Below, piece after piece: positions 41,905-54,821 of a stretch of DNA of 64,000 nt (its first letter is position 1; each line of letters opens with the position of its first letter). A program made the position numbers and the translations under genes. Under the pieces are notes generated by a model. The model saw only the letters and a list, made by a program, of their open reading frames with translations, was not told where the DNA came from and did not search any database. Source of the stretch: Eledone cirrhosa (lineage: Eukaryota); contig OZ024741.1 of assembly GCA_964016885.1 (NCBI GenBank), forward strand, positions 51,150,001 through 51,214,000, read 5' to 3'.

Positions 41905-43295
41905 ATGTTATCAAGGTATTTGAGGGGGTGGTGAGATCACGAATAACCCACTTTCTTGAAAGCAACGGCCTGCTGAACTCCAACCAACATGGGTTCCGTA
42001 ATGGAAGGGACTGCCTAACGCAGCTCCTGCATCACTTTGACGATGTTTTGAGAGCCTTGGGAGAGGGCTCCAACACTGATGTCATCTACCTTGATTTCAG
42101 CAAGGCCTTCGACAAGGTTGATCATAAGATTCTACTGAAAAAACTATCCAATGTTGGTGTCTCTGGAAGGTTACTACAGTGAATCAAATGTTTCCTGTCA
42201 AACAGAACCCAACATGTTGTAGTCGAAGGAGTCAAATCCAGCCCTGCCAAAGTCAGCAGTGGCGTCCCACAAGGCACTGTATTGGGCCCACTTCTTTTCA
42301 TCATCTACATTAATGATATTACTGACATCATCAAGCACAGCAACATCAGAATCTTCGCAGATGATTCCAAGCTCCAAAGGGTCATCAATGAGGTGGGTGA
42401 CCGGACTTGCCTTCAGTCAGACCTACTGGCTGTTATCCAATGGGCAGAGATGAATAATATGCTGTTGAATGAGGATAAATTTTAATTAATCCACTTTGGA
42501 AAAAGGGATGCCCTGAAACTACCATACTCTCTTCCTTCGGGTGAAACTCTAGTGGCATCCAATAACATCAGAGACCTGGGAGTAATTGTGGACAACATAA
42601 GCTGGGCCACTCATATAAACAGCAAAGTTGATATGGCCCGCAGAATGTGTTCCTGGATTCTTAGAACTTTCCAGTCGAGAGATTTCCACACTGTTATCCT
42701 TATCTTCTCCACTTTTTCCCGACACCACCTTGAATACTGTTGTCCACTGTAGTAACCCCACACGAAACAAAGTATTATGAAAGTTGAAGCACCCCAAAGG
42801 TCAATTACAACAAAGATAGATGGCATGACAGGCCTTGACTATTGGGGTCGATTAGAAAATCTCAAACTTTATTCTCTCCAACGTCGCCGTGAGCGCTACA
42901 TTATCTGTATGATGTGGAAAATATTCCATCAGCTTTGCTCAAATGATGTTGACATCACCTTTAGTGTACACTCAAGGCTTGGGCCCCGTGCTATCCGCCC
43001 AGGACAAAAATCTCACTCGCATCACATAACAATACGGCACAATTATTTCACCTCAATTGGCCCTGCACTCTTTAATATTACACCAAAACACATCAAAGCA
43101 GAGACAGACCCCATAAAGTTCAAGAAGTCTTTGGATAAATTCCTTCAAGACTCCTACACCCGGATATGCCTCCGTAAACAACAACTCTCTGCTCGAGTGG
43201 ACCATGGTGCCTAAACACTGATTTGGAAGACTTCGCCAGGTGGTGCTATTAAGTTAGACAAGGCCTGGGCCAATACTGGCCGAAACCTATCAAAG
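41905..43295 (+). mobile_element. CR1-group LINE, 5' truncated, with stops and frameshifts
   Basis: NQHGFR.GR.CLTQLL, YLDFSKAFDKVDH, SGVPQGTVLGPLLF..YINDI, FADDSKL, RDLGV, LEYC, LYSLQRRRER. Confidence 0.93.
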
Positions 43296-43416
43296 TTAGC
43301 AAAGTTATATATATATATACACACACATATATATATATATACATATATATATATACATACACACACATATATATATACATATATATATATATACACATAA
43401 ATATACACACACATAT

Positions 43417-43603
43417 ATTTTATCGACCCCGTAAAGATGAAAGGCAAAGTTAACCTCGGCGGGATTTGAACTCAGACCATAAAGGGCCGTAACTCTTTGC
43501 TGCAAAGCATGGCATCAGACCTTCTACCGATACTGTCAAAAATAAAGTACCAGTAATATACTGGGATAATTGCTGGCCTTGTGCCAAAAGTAGAAACAAT
43601 TAT
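43417..43603. mobile_element. SINE family A split into an inverted 5' part and a direct 3' part
   Basis: 43417-43536 is the head and core on the minus strand; 43539-43603 is the tail on the plus strand. Confidence 0.8.
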
Positions 43604-44091
43604 TTAGTTATGTTCATTCAGAGAACAAAAACGCTACCTAATGTTTTAAGGCCCAATATTGACCATATATCTAGATTGTAAGAGGAATAAAAATATTGCA
43701 TAATTAAAATTTCATACACTTAACATGTTAAGTAAACAATGACGCAATAAATTAATTAAACTCTCAGCATTATGCCAACCATTCATCGTAAATGTGGTAC
43801 CCAGTGGTTGGTGCAGGAATTGAGTTAAGTATTCATTAAAAACAACAACAAATGGCTAGACTAGAAATTTACTTTAGAATTTTTATCCTGCGAAAGCACT
43901 ATACATATTTCGATGGCCCAGTCATATCTTCTGGTCATAAAGCAAGACTTAGACGATTTCATCAGGTGTTAATAGCAGAATTAGTTCCTTAAGACAACAG
44001 GATTACGTCAAACACAAACAGAGAATAGAACATAGATGACCGATTCGATTCAGGGACAGCCTGTCAATTCAGTGTTCTATCAATTAATGTC

Positions 44092-44192
<101 letters not shown>

Positions 44193-44244
44193 ATTGTAAT
44201 CATTAAAGGAAGTGTCCTCAGTATGTAACCATAGAGGGAAACAT

Positions 44245-44430
44245 ATATTATATAAAATACAACGCAAACTGGTGTATACCTTCCTAGGTCGCAGAGTTTC
44301 CCGAAGTAAATTGATCTTGCCTCGATTATCAGGACGGCTGATGAACGAGGCGAAATCAACTTGCTTTGGGAAACTCTGAGACCTAGGAAGGTATACGCCA
44401 GTTTGCCATATAATTTATACAATATAGTAT
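44245..44430. mobile_element. fold-back mini-PLE with hammerhead-like core
   Basis: Arms 44265-44323 and 44346-44405; CTGATGA at 44338, stem II cgaggc/gctttg, then GAAAC. Confidence 0.65.
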
Positions 44431-44715
44431 ATATAGATGCATACATACATGCATGCATACATACATACATACATACATACATACATACATACATACATAC
44501 ATACATACATACATACATACATACATACATACATACATACATGTATAGTGTAGGTGATTCAGTGAATTACTGGTAGTGGTACCAAAACAAACACTCTATG
44601 CACAGGCAGAGTGTATATATTAGAAAAAACGAGTAAGTTACGTTTACATTTATAACATTTTTATTGTGTATAAAAAATATTATACATGTAAGCGAAACTT
44701 CTTCGTTTTTTTCTA

Positions 44716-44833
<118 letters not shown>

Positions 44834-45771
44834 ATGGAGAAAAAAACGATTATTAGGAAGAAAAATATTTTTTTTCCTTCATCTTTTTCTCTTTCTTCTA
44901 GGTTAGAAATTGTTTAAAACAAATTACTTTACTTTGTGTGAAGTGTTAAGGTATTAGTTAATTTATTTATTAATTAACAATAGCATTTATTTATTTATTT
45001 ATTATATATATATATATATATATATATTAATTAATGAATTAATTAAGTGCATAACTACAATAACTATTAATTAATTAATTAAGTGCATAACGACGGCGCG
45101 CTCCGTTCGAAGCACCCAATGCTGTTATGAGGTCCGTCTCGTGTTCGGTTGTATTCCAGAGTTAAGGTAGTTGTAGTATGCAGAATGTAAATAAAGTAAG
45201 TAGAATCGAAGAAGAGCCGGGCCCCGTCATTATGATTGTACCCTTGAGCTGATCGATATCGAAACAATTGTGATATGCCAATAAAGTTTGTATATATGTT
45301 ACAACACTGATTTCGATTCTACTCTCTCTCTCTCTCTCTCTCTGTATATATATATATATGGAAATGTTACGCCAACACAATTTCAGTTGTGATAATGGAA
45401 ACAAAAAAGTCAAATGTATCCAATTTTTTTCTTTACAATTTCAATGACTTAAAGACTATCAAATTTCAGATTCTGGTATTTGATTCTGTAATAAAATTCT
45501 TGAACAAAGGAAATCTTCATTGTAAATCAAAGTTTGTAAAAAGCAATTTTCAATCAAACGATGAATAGATGTCGACATTTTCTTTACATGCATTTGATTG
45601 AACCAATTAATTTTTTCTTAATCCGCATGACATTATCTATTATCATTGAAATAATTTAAATTGTATGAAAGTCATTGTTTGAAATTATAATACTTGGCTA
45701 AATTTGGCTAACTCAATGATATCTTGATTATTTAAAGCCTCTTAGAGGATGTATCCATCAATTGGCATGTA

Positions 45772-46420
45772 TGAGGGTTAGTAAAAAAAATTATCAGCAC
45801 TTTCACAATAACATATAGTTAGGTTTGTCACACTGTCTTCTGCTCATGTGTGCTTATAGTTGGTACTATTGTGGTCACGTGATCAAAGTTTGAGCTTGAT
45901 CGCGCCAGTTTTCTGGCTGCTATTACAGTGTAAACATGGCCGCTCTGCTATCAGTGTGCACCAAGGAGGAACAAAGAGTAAGGATCCGATTTCTCTGGTC
46001 GAAATGTGTGTCAGGGGCTGAAATTCATCGGAGGTTTTTAACACAATACGACGACAGTGCATTACCACGTAGAGGTGTATATGAGTGGATCGAGAAGTTT
46101 AAAAGTAGCGTGAGGCATGAAGAAGGAGTAGGACGTCCGTTAACCTCCACTACTGTCGAGAAGATTCAGAAAGCTGGAGTGGTGGTAATGGCAAACCAGC
46201 AAGTTATCATCGATGAGGTAGCATGTTCTCTGCAATTAATCAAGGTTCTGCCTATCAAATCATCCACGAGAGCTTACTGCAGAGCACAAGCACAAACGTG
46301 TTGAGGTCTGCCAACGTTTACTTGACCGCTATAACTATAACCACGCATGAGCAGAAGGCAGTATGACAAACCTAAAGACTTGTTATGGCGAAAGTGCGGA
46401 TCATTTTCGACTTACCCTCT
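45772..46420 (+). mobile_element. internally deleted mariner element with TIRs and TA TSD
   Basis: TIRs gagggttagt..gcactttc / gaaagtgc..acttaccctc with ~100 bp of imperfect symmetry. ORF 45936-46304 is a mariner HTH (EQRVRIRFLW..AEIHRR..YDDSAL..VYEWIEKFK..GRP). Confidence 0.92.
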
Positions 46421-47364
46421 TAGATATATATCGATATAAAAATATCTTGGGTTGGGTTTGAAACTATTTAATTATGTAAAATTAAAATGTATTTTACGTT
46501 AAAAAAAAACAACCTTTAATTAATGCTTTATTACAAAATCCGTATGTATGTATGATAGTGATGATACCTTATAGCGACAATATATTGAAATCTTGTAATT
46601 TATCACCTAGTAAAGTAATTCAGTTAATTGTGTACGCCGGATTGTATAAGAACTTCAGACATCAGCATGGTGTTGAATTTATTTTGTGTGGGTGTGTGGG
46701 TGATTATGTGTGTATGTGTGTGTGTGCATTAATATGTATATATGTAAATTCATATGGGTGTGTATATGGGTATGTCTGTTTCTCTACCTGTTTGTATGAA
46801 ATCTGTACTTACCTAGTTCAGTATCAGTGACCTGTATGTAATGGTTTATATATTCATTTAATCCTACTTACCTGTATGCACCTATCTACGTATATACAAG
46901 TACGTTAATGTTTGTAGGTGTGTATATATATGTAGGTATATGTCTCGATATACCCATGTACCTCATTGTATTTGCATATATTTGCATATATGTTGATACT
47001 CCTGAACATGAATATACACTCAGGTCCCAAATAATAAGGGCGGAGTGGAAAATCGGTAATTTTTCTAGGTTGTCGCCGTTGATTTAAATAAACAAACAAA
47101 CAGAATTAGTCGTTTAGTTTACATATTGAGACCCCAACCCATGTACTTTTTTTGTCATCCATAATGTTTTTTTTTAATGTATAAAGAAAATTAATTGTAG
47201 GAATGCTACCACTTAAAATAAAATTTCGCCAAAATAGATTAGCAAAATTTAATAAGCGGGGGGAGGGGTTTGGAATATAAACATACGTATAACTGTATCA
47301 ATCATCACTATACATACTGTATATATAAGAACATCTGAATTACTGAATACACCTCCCCACCCAA

Positions 47365-47495
47365 ATCCCACCGAGGTTAACTTTGCTTTTCATCTTTACG
47401 GTGTCGATATAATAAAGCACCAGAAACATGCTGGGGTCGATATAATCGACTTTCCCCTCCCACCAAACTACTGGCCTATACTAGAAATCATTATT
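47365..47495 (+). mobile_element. SINE family A fragment
   Basis: ccaccgaggttaactttgcttttcatctttacggtgtcgatataataaagcaccag. Confidence 0.75.
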
Positions 47496-47764
47496 TTAAT
47501 TTTACATTTTTATATTTTCGACATTTCTATATTCGATATTTCTAACTTTGCCTATTCCTCGGAATTTACGATTCATTCATAAATTTGATTCTTTTGCTGT
47601 TCAATTCTCTGAATTGCCAGAAACTACCAGAACACTACCAAATAACCACACACCTTATTTACCCCCGCACTAACACACAATAGCTGCTCCTAAACCTACA
47701 AGTAGAATGTCTAAAGTGTGCTTTGTGACTTTATTTTAATTGTAAATGTATTAGACGTACGATA

Positions 47765-47990
47765 CTAACGCCATGGGTTCGATTCTTGGATGAGGTGGTG
47801 TGTTGTGTTCTTGAGCAAAACACTTCATTTCACCTTCCTTCAGTACATTCTGCAGAAAAGGAATACCAGCAGTAGCTAGGGGTTAACCCTACGATGGACT
47901 GTCGTCCTGTCTTGTACTCTCAGTCAAATAATGCTAATGAAATCCGGGATAAGCATTGGTCTGATGAGCCTCCGAGGTTGAGACAGGCTT
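47765..47990 (+). mobile_element. CORE-type SINE
   Basis: B-box gggttcgattc, then tgtgttcttgagcaaaacacttcatttcac. Confidence 0.7.
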
Positions 47991-48339
47991 TAAATTTTAG
48001 CTTTAACTGTCCAATAAACGGACAATGAATTGTTTAAATGACAACTGTGGAATTGTGTTTGCATGTATGTGTAACATCGTAAACTTAATAAACTCCACAG
48101 TTCCCTTTATTGTTCCGAACTCCACCTCCAAGGACTATTCTCAGCCTTCAGTAGCAATCCATCAATTCCTTCAAATTTTACTTATTTTTGAAATTACATA
48201 TGGACTACAAACTAGATTATTATTTCCCAACCCCCACCTACCGATTATTTGATACCCGAAAGTACTTGTATGTGTAGTAGTAATCGTCATTTGACATTGT
48301 TAGTTATTTGGTATTGTCTTATTGTCTTAAATCCCAAAA

Positions 48340-49910
48340 GTGTGGTCAAACATTGCTACCCCAAACAATACCACGGACCCGGACGGTGTGGTGGGTTTAG
48401 TTACCGAATGTGAGGTCAAACATCGCTACCCCAATGACCCGGACGGTGTGGTAGGTTTAGTTACCGAATGTGAGGTCAAACATCGCTACCCCAATGACCC
48501 GGACGGTGTGGTGGGTTTAGTTACCGAATGTGAGGTCAAACATCGCTACCCCAATGACCCGGACGGTGTGATGGGTTTAGTTACCGAATGTGAGGTCAAA
48601 CATCGCTACCCCAATGACCCGGACGGTGTGATGGGTTTAGTTACCGAATGTGAGGTCAAACATCGCTACCCCAATGACCCGGACGGTGTGGTGGGTTTAG
48701 TCACCGAATGTGAGGTCAAACATCGCTACCCCAATGACCCGGACGGTGTGGTGGGTTTAGTTACCGAATGTGAGGTCAAACATCGCTACCCCAATGACCC
48801 GGACGGTGTGGTGGGTTTAGTTACCGAATGTGAGGTCAAACATCGCTACCCCAATGACCCGGACGGTCTGGTGGGTTTAGTTACCGAATGTGAGGTCAAA
48901 CATCGCTACCCCAATGACCCGGACGGTGTGATGGGTTTAGTTACCGAATGTGAGGTCAAACATCGCTACCCCAATGACCCGGACGGTGTGATGGGTTTAG
49001 TTACCGAATGTGAGGTCAAACATCGCTACCCCAATGACCCGGACGGTGTGGTGGGTTTAGTTACCGAATGTGAGGTCAAACATCGCTACCCCAATGACCC
49101 GGACGGTCTGGTGGGTTTAGTTACCGAATGTGAGGTCAAACATCGCTACCCCAATGACCCGGACGGTGTGATGGGTTTAGTTACCGAATGTGAGGTCAAA
49201 CATCGCTACCCCAATGACCCGGACGGTGTGATGGGTTTAGTTACCGAATGTGAGGTCAAACATCGCTACTCCAATGATATAGCCACGGACGGAGTGGTGG
49301 GTTTAGTCACCGAATGTGTGGTCAAACATTGCTACTCCAATGATATAGCCACGGACGGAGTGATGGGTTTAGTCACCGAATGTGTGGTCAAACATCGCTC
49401 CCCCAATGATACGGACCCTGACGGTGTGATGGGTTTAGTCACCGAATGTGTGGTCAAACATTGCTACTCCAATGATATAGCCACGGACGGAGTGGTGGGT
49501 TTAGTCACCGAAAGTGTGGTCAAACATCGCTCCCCCAATGATACGGACCCTGACGGAGTGGTGGGTTTAGTCACCGAATGTGTGGTCAAACATCGCTACT
49601 CCAATGATACGGACCCTGACGGTGTGATGGGTTTAGTCACCGAATGTGTGGTCAAACATTGCTACTCCAATGATACGGACCCTGACGGTCTGGTGGGTTT
49701 AGTCACCGAAAGTGTGGTCAAACATTGCTACTCCAATGATATAGCCACGGACGGAGTGGTGGGTTTAGTCACCGAAAGTGTGGTCAAACATCGCTCCCCC
49801 AATGATACGGACCCTGACGGAGTGGTGGGTTTAGTCACCGAATGTGTGGTCAAACATCGCTACTCCAATGATACGGACCCTGACGGTGTGATTGGTTTAG
49901 TCACCGAATG
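48340..49910 (+). repeat. minisatellite array: one 72-bp leader, 14 x 60-bp units, ~10 x 66-bp units
   Basis: Unit catcgctaccccaatgacccggacggtgtggtgggtttagttaccgaatgtgaggtcaaa; +6-bp variant after 49261. Confidence 0.99.
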
Positions 49911-49962
49911 TACCAGGTTGCCGCAGATGTCACTACATTGTTACGTCATATATAATGTATAA
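48340..49962 (+). CDS. possible repetitive protein or exon, (HRYPNDPDGVVGLVTECEVK)n
   Basis: The only open frame of six; length variants are multiples of 3. No ATG start and no recognised domain. Confidence 0.2.
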   Translation: MWSNIATPNNTTDPDGVVGLVTECEVKHRYPNDPDGVVGLVTECEVKHRYPNDPDGVVGLVTECEVKHRYPNDPDGVMGLVTECEVKHRYPNDPDGVMGLVTECEVKHRYPNDPDGVVGLVTECEVKHRYPNDPDGVVGLVTECEVKHRYPNDPDGVVGLVTECEVKHRYPNDPDGLVGLVTECEVKHRYPNDPDGVMGLVTECEVKHRYPNDPDGVMGLVTECEVKHRYPNDPDGVVGLVTECEVKHRYPNDPDGLVGLVTECEVKHRYPNDPDGVMGLVTECEVKHRYPNDPDGVMGLVTECEVKHRYSNDIATDGVVGLVTECVVKHCYSNDIATDGVMGLVTECVVKHRSPNDTDPDGVMGLVTECVVKHCYSNDIATDGVVGLVTESVVKHRSPNDTDPDGVVGLVTECVVKHRYSNDTDPDGVMGLVTECVVKHCYSNDTDPDGLVGLVTESVVKHCYSNDIATDGVVGLVTESVVKHRSPNDTDPDGVVGLVTECVVKHRYSNDTDPDGVIGLVTECTRLPQMSLHCYVIYNV

Positions 49963-50294
49963 AAAAATTAATTGTCGCAGGAATGCTACCACTTAAAATA
50001 AAATTTCGCTCGAGATAGATAAACAAAATTTAATAAGCGGATGTGGGTGGAATTAAAGCGGGGTGGGGTCGGAAAAATAAAAAAAATTAATAAACGTCGG
50101 TGGGGATTATTCGAGACATGAGAGTATATATTGTCATTTATAAACTAACAATTTCACTCAACGATTAGACGGTGGCTTCAGAAAAAAAACACGAATACCA
50201 GTCAAACGATATATATGTGTATATGTGTACAGTAGCACAGTACCCGTGATTTGTAGTAATATATATATATATTTGTGTGTGCACATATATATAT

Positions 50295-50920
50295 ATTAGG
50301 TAGTAACATGTGCTTACGTCGTATTTGACGAAATAAAATTAGTCTGTAAGTTGGGATTTCAAAAATAACCTGCATGGAAAAACGGATAAACATTAATGTA
50401 GATGGGACACTAACCCACATCTTTGGTTTGCCGAACCCATGTCTTACCATTACACCAACGCGCCACCCGTAATTCCTTCCATTCAATTAGGAGCTATATA
50501 ATCATAGATGGCAAACCAAAGATGTGGGTTCGTGTCCCATGTACATCAATACTCATCTTTTTTTCCATTCAGAGGGTTTTTAAAAATCTCAACTAACAGA
50601 CTAATTTTATTTACTCAAATACAGCGTAAGCACATGTCACTACCTAATTTTCAAATTCGCTAGCTGTTTGTAAACAAAGCCTGCTTTAAATATTTAGCTT
50701 CTAATTGAATAGAAGGAAGTATGGGTGGCGTGTTGGTGTAATGGTAACATATTGGTCCGGCAAACCAAAGATGTAGGACAATACTCATCCTTTTTTTCCA
50801 TTCAGAGGTTTTTAAAATCTCAACTAACACACTAATTTTATTTAGTCAAATACGGCGTAAGCACGTGTTACTACCTAATTTTTTTCAATTTCGCTATCTG
50901 TTTGTAAACAAAGTCTGCTT
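50295..50920. mobile_element. three copies of a tRNA-derived SINE-like unit (one inverted, two direct)
   Basis: ggtggcgcgttggtgtaatggtaa..ggcaaaccaaagatgtgggttcgtgtcccat at 50400-50470(-), 50510-50540(+) and 50725-50780(+), with shared downstream bodies. Confidence 0.65.
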
Positions 50921-50930
50921 TGTGTCTCCC

Positions 50931-50963
<33 letters not shown>

Positions 50964-50993
50964 ACATATATATAATATATGTGTGTGCATATA

Positions 50994-51074
<81 letters not shown>

Positions 51075-51080
<6 letters not shown>

Positions 51081-51558
51081 CGTATTTAAGAAAGCCACAA
51101 CAATGCAGAGGGAAATCTCGAGGTAGGAAGTGAAAGATAGATAGGAAAAACAGGTGAAAGTGAAAATTGAGAGAGACAAAGATGAAAACAAAACAAAGGT
51201 AGAAGGGTTACCGTAGTAGAGATTTAATCCCAATATTTCGGGTTAAGACAGGAATGCCGTTATAACGGCATTCCTGTCTTAACGACATCACAACTTTCTC
51301 CGCTTGGCCTGTTCCCCCCCTTTTGGAACTTTCCCCCGTTGATGGGCGTGAGCCCGAAATATTGGGATTAAATCTCTACTACGGTAACCCTTCTACTTTT
51401 GTTTTGTTTTCATCTTTGTCTCTCTCAATTTTCACTTTCACCTGTTTTTCCTATCTATCTTTCACTTCCTACCTCGAGATTTCCCTCTGCATTGTTGTGG
51501 CTTTCTTAAATACGTATTTTACACATTTCACAATGCTTCAAGCAAACTTTAACACCCT

Positions 51559-51562
<4 letters not shown>
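51075..51562. mobile_element. fold-back mini-PLE with non-canonical hammerhead at 51332-51367
   Basis: 51075-51243 is inverted at 51353-51520; central palindrome gttaagacaggaatgccgttataacggcattcctgtcttaac. Confidence 0.85.
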
Positions 51563-52167
<605 letters not shown>

Positions 52168-52309
52168 GAGTTTATGTTGGTTGTATACCAACACCTCAGT
52201 ATGCAGGCTGGAGCACTCGACGAAGTGCGCAGGTTGGTTTGGTTACTCCGGAGTAGTGTAAAATAAAGTTAAATAAAAGTCAAATGATTAAAATTTAGCT
52301 TCGTTTATT

Positions 52310-52364
52310 ACTGCTATATATATTTCAGTGACAGCCATCTTTGGCTGTGACCTCTTCAGGCAGT
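52310..52364 (-). ncRNA. type I hammerhead ribozyme
   Basis: Minus: actgc-CTGAAGA-ggtc-acagcca-aaga-tggctgt-cact-GAAA-tatata-TA-gcagt. Confidence 0.9.
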
Positions 52365-52511
52365 TTGAATTAGTATGGTATAGACAAGTACATATGTTGT
52401 TTAGGTGTATGATATTGTCAATACTCTGATATGCCCAGTTCCTTGTTGGGTTGTTAATTCACTGGGGAACTGGAGTCATATATATATAATATATATACAT
52501 ATATATATATA

Positions 52512-52606
<95 letters not shown>

Positions 52607-53139
52607 TAACAAAGGAATTGTGGTAAGGAACCAGATGGACCATAACGCACCAGAGTACTCAATACTTAGGGTAGTAGAGTGGGAAATAGGAAAAAGTGTG
52701 ACCCCGACGGCAGAGCTCAAGCCGTTTCGACGGCTATTTCTGGACTACTATGCATATATATATGTGTGTGTGTGTGTGTATGTGTACATATTTATATATA
52801 TATATATATATACATATTATTAATTCCTTGATTACAATATTCTATGTAAAAATGTTTGCCTTCTCGAGTCCGCTCTTGTCACTCCAACTATTGCTCTATT
52901 TCATTTGACATTCATTTTCATCAATTGTAATAATTTTCTTCTACATTCGTTGTAATTATTATCAAACATATATATCCACTACATTACGATGACTTTGTTC
53001 TGTCTGTCTGTCTCTCTAACCATCTGTCTGTCTATATACCCATCTATCTATCTATCTATCTTTATCTCCTCTCTCCTTCTCCCCCCCTCTCTCTCTCTGT
53101 ATATATATATATATAAAATATATATATATATAAATAAAC

Positions 53140-53199
<60 letters not shown>

Positions 53200-53359
53200 T
53201 AAGTATTTCCGTAGAAAAGGTAAAGGAAAGAAGAGTGCTCTATGTATAGTACAGAGCTATTTAATTACATAGTAAACAACACAATATAATTATTTCATTG
53301 CCGAAGGTTTCAAGAAACTCGATGTGTGTGTGTGTGTGTGTATGTGTGCGTGTGTGTGC

Positions 53360-53493
<134 letters not shown>

Positions 53494-54043
53494 CTAACCA
53501 TTCATCTGTCTATCTACTGACTGTTATTTGGGATTTTCGATTTGTTGTTATTGGTGCTCTTGTTCGAAAATAGATACATTGGTAAATATGTAGCGAATCT
53601 TAGCTGAGAGATTTGAACTATTGTTCCCCTGGTTGGCGAAATAAATCTTTGCGACCACATACACTGACATTTTGGCCTCATAGATAAGCGATTTAGATTA
53701 CTACATACAACAAACATCTACGCTAAACTATTACACAAATATTATTCACAATTGCACTTCGGCTTTACTCGTTGTTTTTCCTATGTTATCACAATAACTT
53801 CGAAACAATTTATTCCTTGATAAGATTCTTAAAGTAGCGGCTTTTGTCATTGTTCATTCACTATTGGTTACGACAAGCATACATCTCGACTCACTGAGAC
53901 AATGAACAAAGTTAACCTAACTAAATCAACAATACAACTACTACATATTTCATCAACAATCAAATTTAAATGCCGCTACAAATATACATAATTAAATAAC
54001 TATAGATTGACAGGTGTGTATGAATGTATGTATGTATGTATGT

Positions 54044-54130
<87 letters not shown>

Positions 54131-54199
54131 AAATTATATTTTCCCAGGTAAATATGCCATAAAGTGGTTGTCGGTTAATACTCATGTTTTATTATAATG

Positions 54200-54295
<96 letters not shown>

Positions 54296-54371
54296 ATTTT
54301 ATTAAAGCTAAAATGTGAGTCTTGTTACTCTGGGGTTTCGCCTGTTTATCATGGGGTCATCACAGGGTCAT

Positions 54372-54421
54372 TCTTGTCTGATGAACCTGTGATAAACAGG
54401 CGAAACTCCAGGGTAACAAGA
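54372..54421 (+). ncRNA. type I hammerhead ribozyme in fold-back element 54296-54503
   Basis: tcttgt-CTGATGA-a-cctgt-gataa-acagg-c-GAAAC-tccagg-GTA-acaaga; antisense copy at 54318-54361. Confidence 0.9.
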
Positions 54422-54504
54422 CTCACTCTTAAGCCTTAATAAAATGGATATTTAAACTCTACTTCCATATTGAGTACTCTTTTCTCTGAGCCGTCAACCA
54501 CATA

Positions 54505-54536
<32 letters not shown>

Positions 54537-54541
<5 letters not shown>

Positions 54542-54800
54542 AAACAAAACACATATACACACGTGGGATTGACGGTTGCAACAATGAGTACTTCGTGCCA
54601 CGGTAAGGATCTATTAAGGTCATGTTTGAGTTTTGTTACTCTGGAATTTCTTTTGTGTACTCACAGGCTGACCTTGGGCTGGATAAAATGAGTTGCGGTG
54701 TCACTGGTGTGAGGCCTTTGTCTTTCCCTTGAATAACATTGGTGACGTAGTGAGGGGAGTCTTGTTTGCATGGGAGACTTCCACAAAAATACTAGTCTTG
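54537..54800. repeat. dispersed repeat, second copy of 17553-17835
   Basis: Shared aaacacatatacacacgtgggattgacggttgcaacaatgagtac.. over ~250 bp. Confidence 0.85.
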
Positions 54801-54821
54801 TAAACCACATCTTGTAAAACA

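Noticed and set aside
48090-48185. Short minus-strand frame KFEGIDGLLLKAENSPWRWSSEQ as a terminal exon
   Set aside because: No convincing splice acceptor and no recognisable homology.
48340-49910. CRISPR-like array
   Set aside because: Units are contiguous with no unique spacers, the context is eukaryotic, and there are no cas genes.
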